A DNA stretch of 64,000 bases from an uncultured Chloroflexia bacterium (GTDB taxonomy: Bacteria; Chloroflexota; Limnocylindria; Limnocylindrales; CSP1-4): the NCBI GenBank assembly GCA_963790915.1, contig CAWBQS010000003.1:552471-616470 (forward strand), given 5' to 3'. The position numbers and the translations under genes are program-made. Each line of letters begins with the position of its first letter. The stretch's first letter is position 1. Positions 1-9,417 of this stretch are shown piece after piece. The notes below the pieces were generated by a model. It had not been told where the DNA came from, did no database searches, and was given only the letters and a program-made list of their open reading frames with translations.

Positions 1-346
1 TCGCGACGGCCTCCTCGACGTAGGCGGTCACGAGGGACGCGTCGACCGGCTCGCCCGGCGCCCAGTCGATGAAGGCCGCCGTCGTGCTGCCCGGCCGCAG
101 GATGCCCGCTGGGTCGTCCAGGGACCGCCCGAAGAGGAAGCGCAGGCTCACGACCCTGGGGCTGACGCTGATGGCGACGACCCAGTCGTGCCAGCGCTCA
201 GCCAGCGTGTAGACCAGCATCCGGTAGGTGAAGCGGCGGTCGAAGGCCGCCCCGGAGGCCTCGACCGCGGCCGCGAGCGCTCGCACGGTCGCATGGGCAT
301 CCGGTCGCACCGTGGCCAGGAAGGCCTCCAGCGGCTCTTCGGTCAC
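1..346 (-). CDS. DUF1801 (YdhG-like) domain protein; C-terminal end runs off the window start
   Basis: Reverse frame starts with GTG at 346-344, a GTGA overlap with the upstream gene's stop at 343-345. It reads VTEEPLEAFLATVRPDAHATVRALAAAVEASGAAFDRRFTYRMLVYTLAERWHDWVVAISV... with high GC3. The family call is from remembered sequence pattern only. Confidence 0.5.
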   Translation of the reverse strand, partial: MTEEPLEAFLATVRPDAHATVRALAAAVEASGAAFDRRFTYRMLVYTLAERWHDWVVAISVSPRVVSLRFLFGRSLDDPAGILRPGSTTAAFIDWAPGEPVDASLVTAYVEEAVA

Positions 347-987
347 GGTCGGGCGACCACCGGCCGGACCGCCTCGGGCGCCTCCACGCGCCGCCCCCGC
401 AGCCAGTCTCCGCTCCGTTTGACAGCCACGATGAGGACGAGTCCGAAGGCATACAGGCCCAGCGTGTAGATGGCCACCGTCGCGGCACTGTGGGCGCCCA
501 GGTCGAAGAAGGGGTAGGGGTACCAGCCCACGGCTGCGCCCCGCACGAACGTGTAGCCGATGTAGAGGGTCGGGTAGGCCAGCCAGAGGAGCGCCCGACC
601 CCAGCCCACGCGACTCCTCGGGGGATCCACCAGCCAGTCGATGACCAGGTAGATCGGGAAGAGGACGTGGACGACCGCGTTGCTCCAGGTCATCGGCCCC
701 CCGTCCGAGAGAAGCACGTTGTAGACGACCATCGTGACCAGGAGGTAGACGACGGCGCCGCCACGAAGCCAGTCCAGGAGCGGGGACGGTGCCCGGCGCC
801 AGTGGGCGGCCGCGAGGAGCAGCACGGCCGCGCCGATGAGGTTGGATTGAACCGTGAAGTAGCTGAGCGTGTTGACGACCGTGCCGCTGCTGGAGCCGGC
901 CGGGCCGAGGATGTCGCTGCCGAGGGCGACGAGGACGACACCCGCTGCCACGACACGCACCAGCGCCAGGACCGCTCGGGAACCCAT
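343..987 (-). CDS. Polytopic membrane protein, FAR-17a/AIG1-like (Pr6Pr-type)
   Basis: ATG at 987-985 inside ORF 343..1266. Several hydrophobic helices and the YFTVQSN motif typical of this family. The upstream part of the long ORF is Arg/Pro-rich shadow sequence. Confidence 0.6.
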   Translation of the reverse strand: MGSRAVLALVRVVAAGVVLVALGSDILGPAGSSSGTVVNTLSYFTVQSNLIGAAVLLLAAAHWRRAPSPLLDWLRGGAVVYLLVTMVVYNVLLSDGGPMTWSNAVVHVLFPIYLVIDWLVDPPRSRVGWGRALLWLAYPTLYIGYTFVRGAAVGWYPYPFFDLGAHSAATVAIYTLGLYAFGLVLIVAVKRSGDWLRGRRVEAPEAVRPVVARP

Positions 988-1004
988 CGCCGCAGGGTAC
1001 CCGT

Positions 1005-1913
1005 TCAGCGCTGGGCCGTGGGCTGCGCGGCGGGCTGCGCGGCGGCCAGGACCGGCGCCGCGGCCGCGAGCACCGGCACGGCAGCACACAGGATGGTGCG
1101 GAAGTCGTCGTGCGCCCGTCGGGTCATCTCCAGCACCGGACCAAGGTCGATGGGTTCGCCGAGGCCGGCTGACCAGGTCGAGACGAACGTCATGGCCACG
1201 ACGCGCAGGCCGGCGTGGAAGCCGGCCATGACCTCCGGCAGGAAGGAGTTCGACGAGATGGCGCAACCCGCCAGCTGCGCCAGTCGGATCTCGGCGGGCG
1301 TCTCGAAGCTGGGGCCGACCCAGTAGCCGGCCACGCCCACGGGGATGTGCACGCCGGCTGCCTCGGCGGCGCTGATGACCCGCACCGTCAGCGCCGCGTC
1401 GTAGAGCTCCGCCATCGAGAGGTAGGGGGTGCGCCAGCCGTTGCCCTCGCGCTCGTCCGCCAGCGGGTTGACGCCGGAGAAGTTGACGTGGTCGCTGAAG
1501 GCCAGGAAGGTGCCCGGCGGCACGTCCGCGCGCATGGAGCCGGAGTTGGCGGAGTAGAGCAGGCTGCCGCAGCCGGCCAGCGCCAGGCTGCGCGCCGGGA
1601 TGCCGCTCTCCGCCCAGGTGGCGCCGTCGCAGGGCAGCACCTTGGCGCGCACCGCCGCCACCGTGACGCCGTCGAGCTCACCCACGTCCAGGGCGTTGAC
1701 GTGACCGGGGATGGCGCTGGGCCGGAAGCCCAGGTCCTCGAAGGGGATGCTCACGCGATCGACCAGGATGTCCGTGCAGGGCGCGAAGCCGGTGCCGCAG
1801 ATGAGGCCCACCCGGGGCGCGCGTCCGGCGCGTTGCAGCATGATCGCTGCTGCCCGCTCGGCCGCGACACGTGTGGGGCCCGGCGCCGATGGCTGCCCGT
1901 GATCGTCGACCAT
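1005..1913 (-). CDS. Purine nucleoside phosphorylase (PNP/MTAP trimeric family)
   Basis: ATG at 1913-1911. Motifs LICGTGFA, SAIPGHV, GPSFETPAEIR, SSNSFLPEV match the phosphate and ribose binding segments of the PunA/MtnP family. Confidence 0.8.
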   Translation of the reverse strand: MVDDHGQPSAPGPTRVAAERAAAIMLQRAGRAPRVGLICGTGFAPCTDILVDRVSIPFEDLGFRPSAIPGHVNALDVGELDGVTVAAVRAKVLPCDGATWAESGIPARSLALAGCGSLLYSANSGSMRADVPPGTFLAFSDHVNFSGVNPLADEREGNGWRTPYLSMAELYDAALTVRVISAAEAAGVHIPVGVAGYWVGPSFETPAEIRLAQLAGCAISSNSFLPEVMAGFHAGLRVVAMTFVSTWSAGLGEPIDLGPVLEMTRRAHDDFRTILCAAVPVLAAAAPVLAAAQPAAQPTAQR

Positions 1914-1968
1914 GCCCACAGCATACGGGCCGCCGGTAGACTCGCAGGCAACCACAAGGAGGTACGTC

Positions 1969-3594
1969 GTGCGCACGCTGTTCCCGACCCTGCTGACCGC
2001 GCTGGCGCTGGCGGGCACGCTCGCCACCAGCGGGACGGTCGCGCTGGCCCAGGACGAGACACCGCAGCGCGGTGGCAGCCTGGAGCTGGTGGCCCTCAAC
2101 GACCTGGCCACGCTCGACAACACCCAGGCCCTCGACCTCGACTACAACATGGTCGCCGGCGCCCTCTACGAGGGCCTCTACCACTTCACGCCGGAGGGCG
2201 AGCTGGAAGCCGCCCTGGCCGACGGCCTGCCGGAGGTCTCCGAGGACGGCCTCGTCTACACCTTCCGCATCAAGCCGGGCGCCATGTTCGCGGGGCCCGA
2301 CTTCGAGCCGCGTGAGGTCACCGCGGCGGACGTCGCCTACGGCATGCTGCGCGGACTGGACCCGGCACCGGTCGGCGCGCCCATCCAGGGCTGGGGTGCC
2401 AGCTACCTGTTCCCCATCAAGGGCGCTGCGGCCTTCGCCGCGGGCGAGACCGACGGCGTGGAGGGCATCGAGGTCATCGATGACCATACGCTGCAGGTCA
2501 CCCTGGAACAGCCCACCTCCACCTTCCTGCTTGGCCTCACCATCGCCACCAGCTGGCCGGTGCCGCAGGAAGCCGTGGAGGAGCGCGGCGAGGACTTCGC
2601 CAACCGGCCGGTGGGTGCCGGCCCCTTCTCCGTCAAGGAGTGGAACAAGGGCTCGGACATCACCATCGCGCGCAACCCCGGCTACGTGGACCCGGAGCTG
2701 CCCTATCTCGACGAGATCCGCGTCGACCTGGGCGTCGACGAGAACACGCAGGTCCTGCGCCTGCAGTCGGGCGAGGCCGATGGCGTCTTCGAGCAGTTCG
2801 CCATCTCGCCGCCGGCGATGCGGCTGCTGCAGTTCACCCCCGGCCTGACCGTCGTGGATTCGGTGGGCCCGCGCATCTTCTACCTGGCCCTCAACAACGA
2901 GGGCATCATGGCCAGCAAGGAGCTCCGCCAGGCCGTGGCGCAGGCGATGACGACCGACTTCACCGCCCAGTTCGGCGAACTCGCCAAGCCCTGGAACCAG
3001 CTCATGAGCTCGACGACGGCGCAGTCGGACCCGGCTGGCACCACGACATACGCCCACGACCCCGAGGCCGCGAAGGCGCTGCTGGCGTCGGCCGGCTACG
3101 ACGGCACGCCGGTGCGCATCGTCTACGACGTCAGCGACCCGTACGGCTCCGCCAACGCCACGGCCCTGCTCCAGGACCTCGAAGCGGTCGGCTTCACGGT
3201 CGACCTGCAGGGCCAACAGAAGGAGCAGTTCTACAACACCATCTATGACCCCGCCGCCTTCGACATCTCCTCCACCTACTGGAGCGCCGACTATCCGGAC
3301 CTGCAGGACTACATCTCCACCAACTTCCTGTGCGGCGTCTTCCTGAACATCTCGCGCTTCTGCGACGAGGACATCGACGCGGCCTTTGCGGAGACCGAGC
3401 GCATGGCCTTCGGCGAGGAGCGGGATGCGGCCCTGCGGGCGGTCCAGCAGCGACTCATCGATGAGCTGGCCGGCATCCCGGTCATGGAGATCACGCCGCA
3501 GGTCGTCTATGGCCAGCGCGTGGGCGCCCTGCCCACGCTGGCGACGTACGCCCCCTTCGACTGGAAGCGGGCCTGGGTGAAGGCCGACGGCTGA
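1969..3594 (+). CDS. ABC transporter substrate-binding protein, family 5 (peptide/nickel, DppA/OppA-like)
   Basis: GTG 1969 lies 6 nt after a GGAGG site. Signal peptide is RTLFPTLLTALALAGTLATSGTVALAQ. The length (541 aa) and GGSLE...LDP pattern are typical of SBP_bac_5. The ORF track start at 1912 would overlap the divergent PNP gene. Confidence 0.85.
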   Translation: MRTLFPTLLTALALAGTLATSGTVALAQDETPQRGGSLELVALNDLATLDNTQALDLDYNMVAGALYEGLYHFTPEGELEAALADGLPEVSEDGLVYTFRIKPGAMFAGPDFEPREVTAADVAYGMLRGLDPAPVGAPIQGWGASYLFPIKGAAAFAAGETDGVEGIEVIDDHTLQVTLEQPTSTFLLGLTIATSWPVPQEAVEERGEDFANRPVGAGPFSVKEWNKGSDITIARNPGYVDPELPYLDEIRVDLGVDENTQVLRLQSGEADGVFEQFAISPPAMRLLQFTPGLTVVDSVGPRIFYLALNNEGIMASKELRQAVAQAMTTDFTAQFGELAKPWNQLMSSTTAQSDPAGTTTYAHDPEAAKALLASAGYDGTPVRIVYDVSDPYGSANATALLQDLEAVGFTVDLQGQQKEQFYNTIYDPAAFDISSTYWSADYPDLQDYISTNFLCGVFLNISRFCDEDIDAAFAETERMAFGEERDAALRAVQQRLIDELAGIPVMEITPQVVYGQRVGALPTLATYAPFDWKRAWVKADG

Positions 3595-3611
3595 GCCGCC
3601 AGAAGGTACCG

Positions 3612-4623
<1,012 letters not shown>

Positions 4624-4627
<4 letters not shown>

Positions 4628-5481
4628 TCGGGCCCACGGTCGCTCCTGCGCACACGCCCGAACCGCAGCCCTGGGGGCTGCGCATCGGCATCGGCCTGCT
4701 CGTCCTCCTCGCCGTCGTCGTCATCCTCGGCCCCATCGTCTGGTCGGTGGACCCCACCTTCGAATCGATCGAGGGGCTCAGCCCGCTCGGCGAGCCGCTC
4801 GATGTTGGGGCAGCCGGCCACCCCCTGGGCACGGATCCCAAGGGGCGCGACCTGCTGGCGCGCGTCCTTCTCGGCGGCCGCCTGACGCTGGTCACGGCGC
4901 TCCTGGCGGTGGGCATCGCAACGCTCGCGGGCCTGCTCATCGGCCTCCTGGCGGCCGGTCGCAGCCGCACCGCGGGCGCGGTCCTGATGCGCTTCACGGA
5001 CCTGGGCCTGGCCATCCCCGGGCTGCTCCTCGCGGCGGCCATCGCCACCATCCTGGGACGTGGCGTGCTCTCGCTCGTCGTCGGCCTGGCGGCCGTCTTC
5101 TGGGCACCCATCGCCCGCGTCACCTACGGCCAGGCGGTCGTGCTGCGCGAGCGCGAGTACGTGGAGGCGGCGCGTGTGGGTGGCGCCACGAGCCTCGCCG
5201 TGCTGCGGCGCCACGTCCTGCCGCACCTGCTGCCCGTGGTCGGCGCCTACGCGGCGCTTTCGGTGGGCTGGGCCGTGCTCTTCGAATCGGCGCTCGGATT
5301 CCTGGGCGCCGGCGTGCAGGAGCCGGACGCGTCCATCGGCTCGCTGCTGGGCAGCAACCTCGTCTACTACCGCAGCCACCCGGGACTCATCCTCTTCCCG
5401 GCCCTCTTCCTGGGGCTGCTCGTGCTGGCCGCCAACGTGGTGGGTGAATCGGTGCGCACCCGCTCGGAGGAGAGCCGGTGA
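4624..5481 (+). CDS. ABC peptide transporter permease (DppC/OppC-like)
   Basis: 285 aa with multiple TM helices. Contains the BPD_transp_1 EAA-type loop (YVEAARVGGATSLAVLRRHVLPH). GTGA overlap with the upstream ATPase and 4-nt overlap with the next permease. Confidence 0.85.
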
Positions 5482-6392
5482 CCGGCTACATCGCGCGGCG
5501 GCTGCTGGCGGCCCTGGTGACCGTCTGGATCGTGGCCACGGCGGGCTTCCTGCTCGTGGAGATCATCCCCGGCGACCCGGCTCGGGCGCTGGCCGGACCC
5601 TCGGCATCGGCGGAGTCGGTCGAGCGCGTCCGCGAAGCGTATGGCTTCGACGATCCGCTCCCGGTGCGCTACGTGACGGCCATGGCGCGCATGGCCCAGG
5701 GCGACCTTGGCTACAGCTTCTCCAGGGCGGAGCCAGTCACCGCCGTGCTGCTGCGCTCGCTGCCCTCGACGCTGCTGCTGACAGGCCTGGCCTTCCTGGT
5801 CGAGGTGCTCATCGCCATCCCGCTGGCGCTCTGGGTGGTGAGCCGCGGGGGCATGGCCGACCGGCTGCTGCTCATCGCCGCCGGCGCCACCAGCGCCATC
5901 CCGGCCTTCCTGGTGGGGCTCCTGCTCATCTACGTCTTCGCCTTCCGCCTCGACTGGCTGCCGCTCGGCGGGTCCGACTCCCCAGCCGCGTACGTGCTGC
6001 CGGTCCTGACGCTGGGTGTGCCCTTCGGGCTCGTCCTGGCGCGCCTGTTGCGGACGTCATTGCTGGAGCAGCAGGGTCAGCCCTACGTGACGTTCGCGGA
6101 GGCGCTGGGCGAACGGCCGCGCTCCGTGCGCTGGCGCCACCTGCTGCCGAACGCCCTGCTGCCCCTGCTCAGCATCCTGGCGCTCGACTTCGCCGGGCTC
6201 TTCTCCAGCGTGGCGGTGGTGGAGGTCGCCTTCTCGATGCCAGGGCTCGGAGCCGACCTGCTGGGCGGCCTGCGGCGCCTGGACACCTCGCTCATCGTGG
6301 GTATCGGCATCATCGCCGGATTGCTCGTGGCGCTCGTCAACCTCCTCGCCGACGTGGCCGTCATCGCCATCGACCCCCGCGTGCGCCGCTGA
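5478..6392 (+). CDS. ABC peptide transporter permease (DppB/OppB-like)
   Basis: 304 aa. The N-terminus MTGYIARRLLAALVTVWIVATAGFLLVEIIPGDPA is the classic DppB start, and the loop YVTFAEALGERPRSVRWRHLLPNAL is present. Confidence 0.85.
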   Translation: MTGYIARRLLAALVTVWIVATAGFLLVEIIPGDPARALAGPSASAESVERVREAYGFDDPLPVRYVTAMARMAQGDLGYSFSRAEPVTAVLLRSLPSTLLLTGLAFLVEVLIAIPLALWVVSRGGMADRLLLIAAGATSAIPAFLVGLLLIYVFAFRLDWLPLGGSDSPAAYVLPVLTLGVPFGLVLARLLRTSLLEQQGQPYVTFAEALGERPRSVRWRHLLPNALLPLLSILALDFAGLFSSVAVVEVAFSMPGLGADLLGGLRRLDTSLIVGIGIIAGLLVALVNLLADVAVIAIDPRVRR

Positions 6393-6646
6393 GTGGTGCG
6401 CTGGGGGTCGGGTCGGCACGGCGATCCGAGCTCTGTGCCCCGATGGGAGCCTGCCCGGCGGGCGTGCCCAGGACGTCCGCACCTACGGTCCGTCGAGCGC
6501 GTCGGAGGGCGAGCCTCCCGCGCGATCAGGCGACCGGTCGCCGGGCCGAGACTCACGGGACGCCTGGCCGGCCGCATGGCGCGATCGAGCGTGGCGGCTG
6601 AGGACGGACGACCAGCCTATTCCCGTGGATGAGTCAGCCAGGCTCG

Positions 6647-6713
6647 TGGCCGTTCCATTCCGGGGTGACTGAGAGAGCCGCGCTGTGGCCGCTTCAGTCC
6701 GTGGTGACTGAGA
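6647..6713 (+). repeat. Two 28-nt direct repeats TGGCCG-N10-GGTGACTGAGA (23/28 identical) in the dpp 3' intergenic region
   Basis: 6647-6674 is TGGCCGTTCCATTCCGGGGTGACTGAGA and 6686-6713 is TGGCCGCTTCAGTCCGTGGTGACTGAGA. An inverted partial copy TCAGTCAC sits at 6765-6772, and the 14-bp palindrome GGCGACCGGTCGCC at 6529-6542. Confidence 0.6.
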
Positions 6714-6768
6714 TGGCCACGTTACGGGCCGGGCGGGGCGATCGGCGGCACTTGCGTGGCCGAGTCAG

Positions 6769-7752
6769 TCACCCTGGAATAGCGGCGGCGACCGCCGGGT
6801 CAGCAGCGTGGCAGGCGACCTGGTGTCCGCTTGCGCGTTCCTCCAGCGCTGGCCGTTCCGTGGCACAGATCGCCATGGCCAGCGGACAGCGTGGGCGATA
6901 GGCGCAGCCGACCAACAGGTCCGGGTCGGTGCCCGGGTCGGGCGTGCTGTCGGCGCCAGCTGCCGTCGTTGCGACTCCCAGCCCGGCCGTCGCCAGGAGC
7001 GCCAGCGTGTAGGGGTGGCTGGCGGCACCGAACAGCTGGTCGCGCGTGCCGGTCTCCACGATGCGCCCCGCGTACATGACCGAGACGCGGTCGCTGATGT
7101 GACGGACTACCGCCAGGTCGTGGGCGATGAAGAGGTAGGCGATGCCGAGGTCCTGCTTGAGGTCCAGGAGCAGGTTGAGGATCTGGCCCTGCACGGAGAC
7201 GTCGAGGGCAGAGACCGGCTCGTCGCAGACGATGAGCGATGGCTCCAGGGCAAGGGCCCGGGCGATGCCGATGCGCTGCAGTTGCCCGCCGGAGAATGAG
7301 GCCGGCCGGCGGTCGGCCTGGGAGGGGTCCATGCCCACCCGAGCCAGCAGCTCGTCCGCGCGCTGGCGACGCTCGGCCCTGTCGTAGAGGCCGTGGCTGG
7401 TCCACGGCTCGGTCACGATGTCGCGGACCCGATAGCGCGGGTCCAGCGACGAGAACGGATCCTGGTAGATGAGCTGGATGTGGCGCCTCATGCGGCGCAG
7501 CTCGGCACCCTGCAGGGCGAAGAGATCCTCGCCCCTGAAGGTTGCCGTCCCAGCGTCTGGCTCGATGAGCCGCAGCAGGATCCGCCCTGTCGTGGACTTG
7601 CCCGACCCCGACTCGCCCACCAGGCCGTGCGTCTCGCCATCCGCGACGGCGATGTCCACGTCGGCGACCGCGTGCACGAGTCGGCGATTGCCGCCACTTC
7701 CGCTCGCGAACGACTTGCGAAGGCCGCGGGCGTCGAGCAGAGGTCCGGACAT
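6769..7752 (-). CDS. DppF/OppF-like ABC ATPase, convergent to the dpp-type operon
   Basis: 327 aa, intact. Walker A GESGSGKST, signature FSGGQLQR, Walker B LIVCDEPVSALD, H-loop IAHDL, C-terminal CAYRPRCP motif. Confidence 0.9.
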   Translation of the reverse strand: MSGPLLDARGLRKSFASGSGGNRRLVHAVADVDIAVADGETHGLVGESGSGKSTTGRILLRLIEPDAGTATFRGEDLFALQGAELRRMRRHIQLIYQDPFSSLDPRYRVRDIVTEPWTSHGLYDRAERRQRADELLARVGMDPSQADRRPASFSGGQLQRIGIARALALEPSLIVCDEPVSALDVSVQGQILNLLLDLKQDLGIAYLFIAHDLAVVRHISDRVSVMYAGRIVETGTRDQLFGAASHPYTLALLATAGLGVATTAAGADSTPDPGTDPDLLVGCAYRPRCPLAMAICATERPALEERASGHQVACHAADPAVAAAIPG

Positions 7753-7900
7753 GACCGCAGAGTAGCGGTGCCGCTCGACCGGGGTTCAGAGGCGCAGGGC
7801 CCCGCAGGGCTGATCCACGACGGGCGGAGGGTCCCAGCGCGGGACGCGCTTGGCATCGCATCACACCCGCTGGTGCGCCACGCACGCGGCCGGGCCCTTC

Positions 7901-7939
7901 GGCCCTTGACCCGCTGACCTGGGCGCGCGGAGGATGAGG
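7901..7939 (+). promoter_or_regulatory. Copy A of a duplicated promoter-like element (TTGACC-N17/18-GAGGAT)
   Basis: GGCCCTTGACCCGCTGACCTGGGCGCGCGGAGGATGAGG. The first 17 nt are identical to copy B at 8317. It lies 30 nt upstream of the ATG at 7969. Confidence 0.35.
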
Positions 7940-7968
7940 ACGCGTGTCGTGGTGAAGGGAGGACGCGG

Positions 7969-8163
7969 ATGTCCGCGACCGGACGCTTCTGGCAGATGAT
8001 CGACCACCTGACCGCGTTCCTGCCCGCTCCGCCCGATGGTCGAGAACAGCCACCCGTAGTGCCGGACCCGGAGGAGCCCGGCATCAGTCCTGACGAGCGC
8101 ATCGCACGTCGGCGACTGCGGCGACAAGGCAAGGAGAAGGCCGGCAAGGGCGGCTATCGCTGA
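7969..8163 (+). CDS. Small hypothetical protein (64 aa), basic C-terminus
   Basis: ATG preceded by GGGAGG at -12 to -7. About 75 percent GC3, lower than the neighbours. No recognisable motif (MSATGRFWQMIDHLTAFLPAPPDG...RRRLRRQGKEKAGKGGYR). Confidence 0.45.
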   Translation: MSATGRFWQMIDHLTAFLPAPPDGREQPPVVPDPEEPGISPDERIARRRLRRQGKEKAGKGGYR

Positions 8164-8316
8164 CCCCAACACGCCCTTCGCGGACCTGTCGATATCACTT
8201 CTCACACTGTCCCTGTGTGCCGCCGGTCGTTTGACTCGACCGAGCCCCTCCCCCAGGAGGCGCAGACGATGGAACAGGTGCGCGCCTCCAGGCGTAGCCA
8301 CAACGCTGGGCCGGAC

Positions 8317-8353
8317 GGCCCTTGACCCGCTGATCGGGGCGCGGAGGATGGGG
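8317..8353 (+). promoter_or_regulatory. Copy B of the duplicated promoter-like element
   Basis: GGCCCTTGACCCGCTGATCGGGGCGCGGAGGATGGGG, 23 nt upstream of the ATG at 8376. Confidence 0.35.
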
Positions 8354-8375
8354 CATCCGTACGGGGGATCGGTAG

Positions 8376-9218
8376 ATGCGGCTCTCGAATGGTGGACGAG
8401 CCCGGTCCAGGCCAGGCCGCAGGAGTGACGAGCGAGCCCTGGGTAGGGTCCTCCTCCGGGTCGTCGTCGTCGGCGTGCTGACCGTGGCCCTGTCGGGCTG
8501 CGACGTCATCAGCGGCCTGTTGCCTGAGGAGCTCCAGGGCAGCGCGCTGGCTCCCGCGGAAGCGCTCTGCATCCAATACGAGGTGCTCGCGTCGGATGAG
8601 CAGGAGGTCACGCCCGAGCTCCTCGAGCAGACGCGGACGGTCATCGAGGAGCGCGTCAACGCGCTGGGTGTGGCCGAGCCGACGGTCCAGGCACGGGGGA
8701 CGAACGACATCTCGGTGCAGCTGCCCGGCCTTGCGGCCGCGGACATCGATGAGGTCCGCAGCCTCATCGGCACCACTGGCGTGCTCACGTTCATGCCCGT
8801 GCCGACGGGCCTCCAGGGCAGCGTCACCGAGGGTCCCCTGCCCGAGGGCATGGCGGACATCGAGCCGCTCTTCACGGGTGTCGAGATCGCCAGCGCCACG
8901 ATCGCCGAGGACTCCATGACGCGCGAGGTCGTCGTGGACCTCCAACTCAAGGACACGGGCGCCCGCCTCTTCGACGAGTACGCCAGAGAGCACTTCGGCG
9001 AGCAGTTCGCCATCGTCCTCGATGACCAGGTCATGTCGGCCCCGGTCATCCAGGCTATGCGCTTCGGCGGCCGAGCCCAGATCTCCGGCGGCCAGGGCGG
9101 CTTCCTCGCGAACGAGGCCAACAGACTGGTGACCGTCCTCAAGTTCGGCCCGCTGCCCCTGCCGGTCCGTGAGGGCAGCGCAGGAGCTTGCGGAGGAGTT
9201 CAAGACTCCCTCCCCTGA
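8376..9218 (+). CDS. Lipoprotein consisting only of a SecD-type periplasmic (P1 head/base) domain
   Basis: Lipobox VALSGC after a basic/hydrophobic leader. The segment TPELLEQTRTVIEERVNALGVAEPTVQARGTNDISVQLPG..DIDEVRSLIGTTGVLTF and the later FAIVLDDQVMSAPVIQ..GGRAQISGG...ANEANRLVTVLKFGPLPLPV match the SecD N-terminal periplasmic domain. No TM bundle follows before the stop at 9218. Confidence 0.7.
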   Translation: MRLSNGGRARSRPGRRSDERALGRVLLRVVVVGVLTVALSGCDVISGLLPEELQGSALAPAEALCIQYEVLASDEQEVTPELLEQTRTVIEERVNALGVAEPTVQARGTNDISVQLPGLAAADIDEVRSLIGTTGVLTFMPVPTGLQGSVTEGPLPEGMADIEPLFTGVEIASATIAEDSMTREVVVDLQLKDTGARLFDEYAREHFGEQFAIVLDDQVMSAPVIQAMRFGGRAQISGGQGGFLANEANRLVTVLKFGPLPLPVREGSAGACGGVQDSLP

Positions 9219-9417
9219 TCTGACCGCAGCCCCACACGGCCACGTAGAGCCGGATGCTCCGGGCGCGGCTGCGGGGCAACCAACAGCGCGGCCGGGTTCC
9301 AGGGTCACCTGGGTCGGCCGATCGACGGGTGGGCCGTTCGTCACTTGAGAATGGGGTCGAGCCGGCACACGCTGTGTGCCTGCAGAGGGGGGCGTACCTG
9401 TGGACACATCTGTTGCC

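Noticed and set aside
6647-6772. Possible CRISPR array or other defence repeat here and at 49431..49493.
   Set aside because: There are only 2-3 units, imperfect, with an 11-nt spacer or none. No cas genes are present, and unit lengths (28 and 19-20 nt without proper spacers) do not fit CRISPR architecture.
7929-7936. GGAGGATG within both copies of the duplicated element (also 8343-8350) read as an RBS plus start of tiny ORFs.
   Set aside because: The Shine-Dalgarno-like GGAGG abuts the ATG with no spacer. The downstream frames are short, differ between the copies and have poor GC3.
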